Positions 1 through 6,718 of a stretch of DNA of 64,000 bases are shown here, one piece after another; position 1 is the stretch's first letter; every line of letters begins with the position of its first letter. The stretch is from contig JAQTUX010000001.1 of assembly GCA_028707125.1 (NCBI GenBank), forward strand, positions 608,662-672,661, in the 5' to 3' direction. The stretch comes from Candidatus Omnitrophota bacterium (GTDB lineage: Bacteria > Omnitrophota > Gorgyraeia > Gygaellales > JAQTUX01). The notes below the pieces were generated by a model, which was not told the DNA's origin, did not search any database, and saw only the letters and a program-made list of their open reading frames with translations. The position numbers and the translations under genes were made by a program.

Positions 1-185
1 TCCGTCCCGGATTCCTCAAGTTTCTTATCGGCAACGACAACTAATCCGCGCGAGCCCTTGATCTTGACATCTGTCAGCCCGGCCGCTATCACATCTACCC
101 CGGCCCTTCTTAACACATCTATCGGGGTCACCGCCTCTATTTCTTCAAAACCTTCCGCGAGTATAACAATGGCTTTTTTTGGCAT
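1..185 (-). CDS. DJ-1/PfpI family protein (N-terminal part; continues beyond window start)
   Basis: Reverse-complement translation from the ATG at 185..183 gives MPKKAIVILAEGFEEIEAVTPIDVLRRAGVDV..., a typical DJ-1/ThiJ N-terminus. An AGGAGG RBS lies just upstream on the minus strand. The plus-strand ORF at 58-261 is antisense to it. Confidence 0.7.
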   Translation of the reverse strand, partial: MPKKAIVILAEGFEEIEAVTPIDVLRRAGVDVIAAGLTDVKIKGSRGLVVVADKKLEESGT

Positions 186-264
186 ATCCGCCTCCTTAAG
201 TATTATTTTAACACCTTATTTCAGAGTTGCAATTTTCTTATATATGGATATAATAGAATAAGCC

Positions 265-807
265 ATGAGGACGATTTTAGCCGTATTTCTAATATCAGGT
301 TTGATGTTCAGCGCTTATGCCGAGGAGGGTGCTTTGGATGAGAAGGTCGCGGTTTTAGAGACAAATCAGGGCGTGATAAAGATAAAGTTGTATCCCGAGG
401 CAGCGCCTAAGGCCTGCGAGAACTTCACGCGGTTGATCGGTGATGGTTATTACAACGGTCTCATATTCCACAGGGTGATCAAGGACTTCATGATTCAGGG
501 CGGAGACCCTACCGGCACAGGCAGGGGAGGGGAGTCAATTTGGGGCGCGCCTTTTGAGGATGAAGTAACCTCACGGATTAAATTTGACAGGCCGGGGATC
601 CTGGCGATGGCGAATGCCGGCCCCAATACCAACGGAAGCCAGTTTTTCATTACGACCGCGGCAACGCCCTGGCTCAATATGAAACATACTATATTCGGCG
701 AGGTGATCTCCGGGTACGAAGCAGTTGAGAAGATAGAGAACGCGCCTGCCGACTCCTCCGACCGTCCGGTTAGCGAACAAAAGATCATAAAGGCATATTT
801 AGAATAA
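265..807 (+). CDS. ppiB: cyclophilin-type peptidyl-prolyl cis-trans isomerase with signal peptide
   Basis: Cyclophilin signature FHRVIKDFMIQGGDPTGTGRGGESIWG and NTNGSQFFIT, 180 aa. Confidence 0.9.
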   Translation: MRTILAVFLISGLMFSAYAEEGALDEKVAVLETNQGVIKIKLYPEAAPKACENFTRLIGDGYYNGLIFHRVIKDFMIQGGDPTGTGRGGESIWGAPFEDEVTSRIKFDRPGILAMANAGPNTNGSQFFITTAATPWLNMKHTIFGEVISGYEAVEKIENAPADSSDRPVSEQKIIKAYLE

Positions 808-810
808 AGC

Positions 811-884
811 GCGCCCATAGCTCAATTGGATAGAGCACTTGCCTACGGAGCAAGTTGTTGCTGGTTCGACTCCAGCTGGGCGCA
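811..884 (+). tRNA. tRNA-Arg (anticodon ACG)
   Basis: Cloverleaf read by eye: acceptor GCGCCCA/TGGGCGC, D arm GCTC..GAGC, anticodon stem CTTGC/GCAAG with loop CTACGGA, T arm GGTTCGACTCC. Confidence 0.85.
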
Positions 885-886
885 TT

Positions 887-924
887 AAAACAGAACTAAG
901 AACTAAGAGTTAAGAACTAAGATC
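887..924 (+). repeat. left arm of a 38-bp inverted repeat; four tandem AACTAAG-type heptamers
   Basis: aaaacagaactaagaactaagagttaagaactaagatc; its reverse complement recurs at 1400-1439. Confidence 0.85.
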
Positions 925-1398
925 GTGAAGCGGAATGATGAGTTTTATATGCGCCTGGCGCTGAAGGAGGCGCTGGCCGCCTCTGAGAAAGACGAGGTGC
1001 CTGTGGGAGCGGTGATAATCCACAAGGGGCAGATGATTGCCAAGGCGCACAATCAGATAGAGTCCCTGAAAGACCCTACCGCCCACGCGGAAATGATAGC
1101 CATAACGCAGGCGGCAAATTACCTGAAAAGCAAGTGGTTGTTGGGCGCGACGATTTATGTTACAATTGAGCCGTGCGCGATGTGCGCCGGCGCTCTGGTG
1201 CTTTCGCGCATAAAGAATATAGTATTCGGGGCAAAGGACCCCAAGACCGGCGCCTGCGGCTCGGTGTTTGACATAGCGCGCCATAAAAAGCTTAACCACA
1301 GGATAAAGGTCTCCGGCGGCGTAATGGAAGCGGATTGCTCTTTATTATTGAAGGAATTCTTTAAGAAAAAGCGGGCAAAGAACGCCGACCTGAGTTGA
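925..1398 (+). CDS. tadA: tRNA-specific adenosine(34) deaminase
   Basis: CDA zinc motifs HAEM(IA) and PCAMCAGAL. Size 157 aa. GTG start directly after the inverted-repeat arm. Lies immediately downstream of its substrate tRNA-Arg(ACG). Confidence 0.85.
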   Translation: MKRNDEFYMRLALKEALAASEKDEVPVGAVIIHKGQMIAKAHNQIESLKDPTAHAEMIAITQAANYLKSKWLLGATIYVTIEPCAMCAGALVLSRIKNIVFGAKDPKTGACGSVFDIARHKKLNHRIKVSGGVMEADCSLLLKEFFKKKRAKNADLS

Positions 1399-1399
1399 T

Positions 1400-1439
1400 T
1401 GATCTTAGTTCTTAGCTCTTAAATCTTAGTTCTGCTTTT
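1400..1439 (+). repeat. right arm of inverted repeat (reverse complement of 887-924, about 34/39 identical)
   Basis: gatcttagttcttagctcttaaatcttagttctgctttt, starting one base after the tadA stop codon. Confidence 0.85.
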
Positions 1440-1441
1440 CT

Positions 1442-1530
1442 GGAGAGGTGGCTGAGCGGTCGAAAGCAACTCACTGCTAATGAGTTGACCTGGGAAACTG
1501 GGTCCCTGGGTTCAAATCCCAGCCTCTCCG
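1442..1530 (+). tRNA. tRNA-Ser (anticodon GCT), long variable arm
   Basis: GGAGAGGTGGCTGAGCGG..., anticodon loop CTGCTAA, long extra arm, T arm GGTTCAAATCC, acceptor 3' CCTCTCC. Confidence 0.85.
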
Positions 1531-1611
1531 TTTTCATTTCCCGATAAGGGAAATGAAAACGGATACTTAACAAATGTAGCCGAGCGGCAAGCGAGGCCAT
1601 TTGTTAAGTAT
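1531..1611 (+). terminator. two consecutive stem-loops after tRNA-Ser
   Basis: ttttcatttccc-gataa-gggaaatgaaaa (12-bp stem), then atacttaacaaatg...catttgttaagtat (14-bp stem). Confidence 0.5.
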
Positions 1612-1733
1612 CTTGAATGAACAGGGCCGTAGCGAGCGTAGTGCCTGACACGATATCATGAAATATTTCGCACTTTAGCGAAAGATTTGGTATAATAGAT
1701 AAAATAGCATTAACCAATTTCAGAGAAAGGACA

Positions 1734-2372
1734 GTGAAGGTGAAAAAAAAGCGTATCGTATTTTTCATGATCGTTTTTCTTTGTTTCTTTATCACCAGCG
1801 CTTTCGCGCGGTTCTCAGGCAAGCCGAGTTTCAGATTGGAAGAGTTATACAGGTTTGATATAAAGACGAGCAAAAGCAACCTGGTCATCACCCGCCTGAA
1901 TGCCGCGTTAAGTTATCTGGGGGCCGGCAAGAAAGAGGCCTTTAAATTAATACCGTATATTGAGGGCCAATGGAATCATAAGTATGACACGTGGATAAGG
2001 CATAAAGTCGGCCTGGAGATAGGCAGGGATATATTCAAGTGGCTATACCTGGGCCAGGGGTTCCATTATGCCGATCTTGATGAGAACGACAGGGATAGGG
2101 AAATATTTCGTAAAGACGATACCGCGGAAGGCCTGACCCGCGTGAAAGTCAGTTTTCCGCTGCCGAAGATGAAGAATAAGCTCAAAGGCTACATAATGAA
2201 CGAATTCACTTATAATTTAGAGGAGAACGAGGGGTACAGAAACGACTCTATCATAGGCGCCGTAATGCCCATAGGCAAGAATGCCGAAGCGAACCTTGAC
2301 TGGCGCCACATAGACAGGATCCATTATTACGACTCTGATACCGTAGAGGTTTCTCTCGCCTTATTGTTTTAA
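1734..2372 (+). CDS. hypothetical secreted protein, possibly a small outer-membrane beta-barrel
   Basis: N-terminal signal peptide (MIVFLCFFITSAFA). C-terminal ...LALLF with terminal Phe. No recognisable motif. Confidence 0.5.
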   Translation: MKVKKKRIVFFMIVFLCFFITSAFARFSGKPSFRLEELYRFDIKTSKSNLVITRLNAALSYLGAGKKEAFKLIPYIEGQWNHKYDTWIRHKVGLEIGRDIFKWLYLGQGFHYADLDENDRDREIFRKDDTAEGLTRVKVSFPLPKMKNKLKGYIMNEFTYNLEENEGYRNDSIIGAVMPIGKNAEANLDWRHIDRIHYYDSDTVEVSLALLF

Positions 2373-2387
2373 AATTTACAGTTTGAT

Positions 2388-3956
2388 ATGTCTTACGTCG
2401 TCTTTGCTAGGAAATGGCGGCCTCAGAAGTTCGACGAGGTAGTAGGCCAGGACCATATCGTCACTACCTTAAAGAACGCCATTCTGAAGGACCGCCTGGC
2501 TTACGCCTATCTTTTTGCCGGTTCAAAAGGCATAGGCAAGACCTCGACCGCGAGGATATTCGCCAAGTCCTTAAACTGCGTTAACGGCCCCACTGTTGAG
2601 CCCTGCCAGAAATGCGCTTCCTGCGTGGAGATAACCGAGGCAAGAAGCATGGATGTTATTGAAATAGACGGCGCCTCCAATACCGGAGTTGACAATATCC
2701 GCGAATTAAGGGAGAACGCCAAATTCTCCCCTGTGAACGGAAGGTACAAGGTATACATCATTGATGAGGTGCATATGCTTTCCGATTCGGCGTTTAACGC
2801 CCTTCTCAAGATCCTTGAGGAGCCGCCGCAGCACGTCAAATTCATTTTCGCCACCACGCACCCGCACAAGATACCCCCTACCATACTTTCGCGCTGCCAG
2901 CGGTTTGATTTTAACCGCATATCTACTTTGGGGATAATAGAGCAGTTGAAGAGGATAGCCGCGGCCGAGAACCTGAATATAGATAAGGAGATATTCTTCG
3001 CGATCGCCCGCGCTTCCGAGGGCTCTATGCGCGACGCCGAATCCATCCTTGACCAGCTGGTATCTTTTTCAAAGGGCAAGGTCAGTATGGATGACGTGAC
3101 TACCGTGCTTGGCTCGGTAGGGGATGACGCCCTTTTTGATATCGCCGATTCCGTTGCCAAAGGCGACTCACCGCGGGCGTTGGCGGCGCTGGACAAGATC
3201 ATCAATGAGGGAAGGGACCTGGCAAATTTCCTTCAGAACCTCATCAGCCATTTCAGGAATCTTATGGTCGCCAAGATAAGCTCGGCTGATAAGGGGCTGC
3301 TTGACCTGCCCGATGAGATCTGCGCGCGCCTGCTTGAACAGAGCAAGGAGTTCTCTCTAAACGAACTCTTTTCCATATTCAACCTCCTGGTGAACACCCA
3401 CGACGTCTCAAAGCGGCTTAATACTCTTAAGATCCCCATAGAGATCGCGCTGGTAAAGTTGGCGTATCCTAAAAAAAAAGTTGAACCCCGAATAAATACT
3501 CCTAAACGCGAAAAAGAGCAGGCAGTTTCCGCGGACGCCCCCAGGCAGGAGCAGAAAAAGCCCCCTTCCGAGGTAAAGGCCGCGCAGGCGCAGCCAGGCC
3601 CGGCAGAGGATACCGTCCACATAGATTGCAGCAGCGTATTATCGGTATGGCAGGAACTTATCATGCGGATGGAAAAGATAAAGATGTCCATAGCCACTTA
3701 CCTGCGGGAGTCAATGCCTGTGGCGGCCAAAGGCAGGCTGGTGACGATAGCGCTGCCTAAGGACCTGGGTTTCCACAAAGAGGTCCTGGAGAAGAAGGAG
3801 AACAGGGCCATAATTGAGAACGGCCTGCAGGATCTATTGAAACATAACGTCCATCTTGATTTTACCCTGGTGGAGCGAAAGCAAAGCGAGCCGGACAAGG
3901 AGTCCGAAGCTCTGATACAGTCCGCCCTTGACACATTCGGCGGGAAAATAGTCTGA
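2388..3956 (+). CDS. dnaX: DNA polymerase III subunit gamma/tau
   Basis: AAA+ clamp-loader motifs GSKGIGKTSTARIFAKSLNC, DEVHML, SRCQRF. Confidence 0.9.
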   Translation: MSYVVFARKWRPQKFDEVVGQDHIVTTLKNAILKDRLAYAYLFAGSKGIGKTSTARIFAKSLNCVNGPTVEPCQKCASCVEITEARSMDVIEIDGASNTGVDNIRELRENAKFSPVNGRYKVYIIDEVHMLSDSAFNALLKILEEPPQHVKFIFATTHPHKIPPTILSRCQRFDFNRISTLGIIEQLKRIAAAENLNIDKEIFFAIARASEGSMRDAESILDQLVSFSKGKVSMDDVTTVLGSVGDDALFDIADSVAKGDSPRALAALDKIINEGRDLANFLQNLISHFRNLMVAKISSADKGLLDLPDEICARLLEQSKEFSLNELFSIFNLLVNTHDVSKRLNTLKIPIEIALVKLAYPKKKVEPRINTPKREKEQAVSADAPRQEQKKPPSEVKAAQAQPGPAEDTVHIDCSSVLSVWQELIMRMEKIKMSIATYLRESMPVAAKGRLVTIALPKDLGFHKEVLEKKENRAIIENGLQDLLKHNVHLDFTLVERKQSEPDKESEALIQSALDTFGGKIV

Positions 3957-3957
3957 T

Positions 3958-4557
3958 ATGGCAGGTTACCCTGAATTAGTAGAAGGCCTGATAGAGCAGT
4001 TAAATAAATTCCCCGGCATAGGAAGAAGGAGCGCCGAGCGGATCGTCTATTATATTCTGCGCAGCCCAACCAGCGAATTAAAGAAGCTGGTCAACGCGAT
4101 CATAAAGGCAAAGGAGGGCATACGCCTGTGCAGGATATGCAACGGCTTTGCCGCCGGTGAGGTCTGTTCCATATGCGGCGATGAGAAGCGCGACAAGGGC
4201 ACGATCTGCGTCGTGGAGGAGCCCAAGGATGTGAACGCGGTTGAACGGGCAGGCGGCTACACCGGGCATTATCATGTCCTGCTTGGTTCTATTGCCCCGC
4301 TTGAGGGCAGGGGGCCGGAGGATCTTAAAGTCAATGAACTGATCCAGCGCATAAAGCAGAACGGGGTGAAAGAGATAATCCTTGCCACCGATTCTGATAC
4401 GGAAGGCGAGGCAACCGCGCTTTATCTTGCCAGGCAGATCAGGCCTTTCGGGGCGAGCATCACGCGCATCGGCATAGGCCTGCCTATGGGCTCTAACCTT
4501 GAATATGCCGATTCCACCACTATTGCCCGCGCGCTTTCTTCCCGCAAACCGGTCTGA
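3958..4557 (+). CDS. recR: recombination protein RecR
   Basis: HhH N-terminus, C4 zinc finger CRICNGFAAGEVCSICGDEKRD, Toprim domain. 199 aa. Classic dnaX-recR linkage. Confidence 0.9.
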   Translation: MAGYPELVEGLIEQLNKFPGIGRRSAERIVYYILRSPTSELKKLVNAIIKAKEGIRLCRICNGFAAGEVCSICGDEKRDKGTICVVEEPKDVNAVERAGGYTGHYHVLLGSIAPLEGRGPEDLKVNELIQRIKQNGVKEIILATDSDTEGEATALYLARQIRPFGASITRIGIGLPMGSNLEYADSTTIARALSSRKPV

Positions 4558-4623
4558 TTTGCCCTATTGACTTATCCCCGATTTAAAGTAAAATAATATT
4601 CTGCTCTTTAAGATAGAATTCAT

Positions 4624-4696
4624 TCCCCTGTAGCTCAGTTGGTAGAGCGGGTGGCTGTTAACCACCATGTCCGAGGTTCGAGTCCTCGCGGGGGAG
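4624..4696 (+). tRNA. tRNA-Asn (anticodon GTT)
   Basis: TCCCCTGTAGCTCAGTTGGTAGAGC...GGCTGTTAACC (anticodon loop)...GGTTCGAGTCCTCGCGGGGGAG. Confidence 0.85.
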
Positions 4697-4705
4697 TAAA
4701 ATTTG

Positions 4706-4735
4706 GCACCGAGCAATCGGTGCCTTTTTTTGCGC
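4706..4735 (+). terminator. rho-independent terminator after tRNA-Asn
   Basis: ggcaccgagcaatcggtgcc followed by TTTTTTT, nested inside an outer aaaatttggc/gccaaatttt inverted repeat. Confidence 0.7.
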
Positions 4736-4794
4736 CAAATTTTACGAGCCCGCGAGGAAGAGGGTTGTTAAGGGGGAGACCGTCCCCCTTAAGC

Positions 4795-5016
4795 ATCCGG
4801 CTGCATTGACGAAAAGGGGTGTCAGCGAGTCCGCCTTTGGCGGACGAGCGTCAAGGGGAAAACCTATGGTTTTCCCCTTGAAGAGGAGCGACCGAAGGGA
4901 GCGACGACCTCGCGGGGGAGCCCCCAGTTAATGTCGCGACAGAGTCAGTGACAAAAATAATTGTGCCATTGTAACTATCTGCGGTATAATAAATAAGGAT
5001 AAGGAGAACCGTCCCC
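4795..5016 (+). repeat. copy A of a tandem direct repeat (about 85% identical to 5697-5867, plus a 50-bp hairpin-rich insert)
   Basis: Shares atccggctgcattgacgRaaaggggtgtcagcga ... cctcgcgggggagccYccagttaatgtYgcgacagagtYagtgacaaaaataattgtg..tataataaataaggRtaaggagaaccgtcccc. Contains the 13-nt tRNA-Asn 3'-end core cctcgcgggggag at 4905-4917. Confidence 0.85.
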
Positions 5017-5039
5017 GGATATATTAAAATCCACGATGC

Positions 5040-5462
5040 TTACGGTGTTTGTCGAACCGTTAATTCTGTGGGTTTTCGACGAATTTCTTTAAATCGCACC
5101 ACAGCTTCGTTAAGCGTAATAACACCGGCTAAGAATTCAGTCTTTATTATGCTGTACTCCCTGGCATTACGATCATGTACTTCTTGACGCTGCTGAAATC
5201 TCAATATAGCATTTAAAAGCGGCAAGGCAATATTAAACGTGGATAACGCTACCATGCTGACAACAAACCAGGTATGCCATGTGGCTTCTTTGCCTAAGTT
5301 AAATTGATAAGTAGCTAGGGCAAGCAGCAAAAACCTCGTAACCCATACTGACCAGTGAACAGTTACATAAAATGCCCTATTAAATCGCTCCCAATGCCAC
5401 TCCCACTCAATCTCACTATCCAGTTCGCCCATAAATGAATCTCTGCTATCCGCCTCAGTCAT
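5040..5462 (-). CDS. hypothetical small membrane protein (about 2 TM helices, acidic Trp-rich tail, basic terminus)
   Basis: 140-aa ORF with two hydrophobic helices (FLLLALATYQF; FVVSMVALSTFNIALPLL). Sits alone between repeat copies A and B. Confidence 0.45.
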   Translation of the reverse strand: MTEADSRDSFMGELDSEIEWEWHWERFNRAFYVTVHWSVWVTRFLLLALATYQFNLGKEATWHTWFVVSMVALSTFNIALPLLNAILRFQQRQEVHDRNAREYSIIKTEFLAGVITLNEAVVRFKEIRRKPTELTVRQTP

Positions 5463-5696
5463 ATTTCCGTTTCCTTATAATTGCTGTTTACCATTTTACC
5501 TGAAAACACCTTACGAGATAAATTTTACTACAAGCACAAATTGTCTGCAACATAAATTGCTATAGATGCTATAGAAAAAAGCTGATACTGGCTCTCCTGT
5601 CTTTTGGCAGTGGGCTTTATTTCGGTTTCGGTTCTGCAATTCGGCAAGTATTTATTTTTTGCTGATTTCTTCCAAGGCCTTCAGGGCTCCCTCATA

Positions 5697-5867
5697 ATCC
5701 GGCTGCATTGACGGAAAGGGGTGTCAGCGACCCGCCGATCTTTTTAGCGGGGAGCGACCCTCGCGGGGGAGCCTCCAGTTAATGTTGCGACAGAGTTAGT
5801 GACAAAAATAATTGTGTTATTGTAACTCTCTGCAGTATAATAAATAAGGGTAAGGAGAACCGTCCCC
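5697..5867 (+). repeat. copy B of the tandem direct repeat
   Basis: See copy A. Contains cctcgcgggggag at 5757-5769. Ends with a TATAAT-like box and AAGGAGAA about 60 bp upstream of the 5929 gene. Confidence 0.85.
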
Positions 5868-5928
5868 GATACTCGCGCATACAACTTAAAATTTGCAGGT
5901 ATGTTAAAGGCTTTGAAAGGCCAAAACG

Positions 5929-6717
5929 ATGAATATTAAGGGTGTAAAGATTGTTCGGAACAATAAAAGCTGGGTTTGTCATGTAGATGACTTTTCGGAT
6001 GATCTCAAAGAGATTATTAGAAAAAATCTTCAAGAAATTTGTTACGGAGCCAAACAAGTATCCGATTTTAAAAAGACATATACATACAAAAATACGTTAA
6101 ATAATTTTCTTGATAGATACTCAAGAAAAACCGATGAACAAAAAAAGGGCATGCTTGGTGAATTGCTAGCTCACGTCCTGCTTGTTAAATCGATGCCAAA
6201 TCTTACAAGGACAAGTATATTTTTCAATCCAGGCGAAAGAAATATTAAGAAAGGATTCGATATTATTTTTTTAGATACTTCAGGAAGAATTCTTTGGTAC
6301 AGTGAAGTTAAATCTGGTGAGAAGCATAAGAAAAGCGTAAACGATTCTAATTCTGAACTTCTAAAGTCCGCTAGAAAAGATGTTAAGACAAAGATTGGCT
6401 CTAAATTAGCGTATTTATGGGATAATGCTATGGTTGATGCACAACTGACAACAGAAAAACAAGTTTTCGAAACGCTCAAGTCTCTACTAGAGCAGGATTG
6501 TTTTTTTGTTAACAAAACTGCCGAATTAAAGGGACACGCCATAATCGTATCAGTTCTTTACGCAAGTATGAGTGAAAAGATTGATGTTGCGAATTTAAAT
6601 AATTTGTATGAAGAGATTGAAAAAAATGGTGATTTTAAAGATCTGATTATTTATTCTATACAAAAAGAAACATTCAAAAAGATTGAAGACTTCTTGACGC
6701 AAGAAAAAGATAAATAA
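5929..6717 (+). CDS. PD-(D/E)xK nuclease-fold protein, putative HamA (DUF1837)-like component of a Hachiman-like system
   Basis: Ordered motif E (GELLAHVLLV) - D (GFDIIFLD) - ExK (YSEVKSG). 262 aa. Stop overlaps the downstream helicase start (6717/6719). AT-rich. Confidence 0.4.
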   Translation: MNIKGVKIVRNNKSWVCHVDDFSDDLKEIIRKNLQEICYGAKQVSDFKKTYTYKNTLNNFLDRYSRKTDEQKKGMLGELLAHVLLVKSMPNLTRTSIFFNPGERNIKKGFDIIFLDTSGRILWYSEVKSGEKHKKSVNDSNSELLKSARKDVKTKIGSKLAYLWDNAMVDAQLTTEKQVFETLKSLLEQDCFFVNKTAELKGHAIIVSVLYASMSEKIDVANLNNLYEEIEKNGDFKDLIIYSIQKETFKKIEDFLTQEKDK

Positions 6718-6718
6718 T

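Noticed and set aside
58-261. Plus-strand 67-aa ORF at the window start
   Set aside because: Antisense to a well-supported DJ-1/PfpI gene on the minus strand. Low-complexity Ser/Ala/Ile translation.
1412-1891. Minus-strand ORFs (62 and 95 aa) over tRNA-Ser and the promoter region
   Set aside because: They overlap a tRNA gene and terminator hairpins and have no RBS; antisense artefacts.
2507-3697. Long minus-strand ORFs (232 and 154 aa) inside dnaX
   Set aside because: Antisense to a highly conserved gene. Ser-rich, low-complexity products.
4741-5016. Possible CRISPR-like or tandem short-repeat array near tRNA-Asn
   Set aside because: The repeats are two long (about 170-220 bp) degenerate copies rather than short regularly spaced direct repeats with spacers. 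No cas genes are present.
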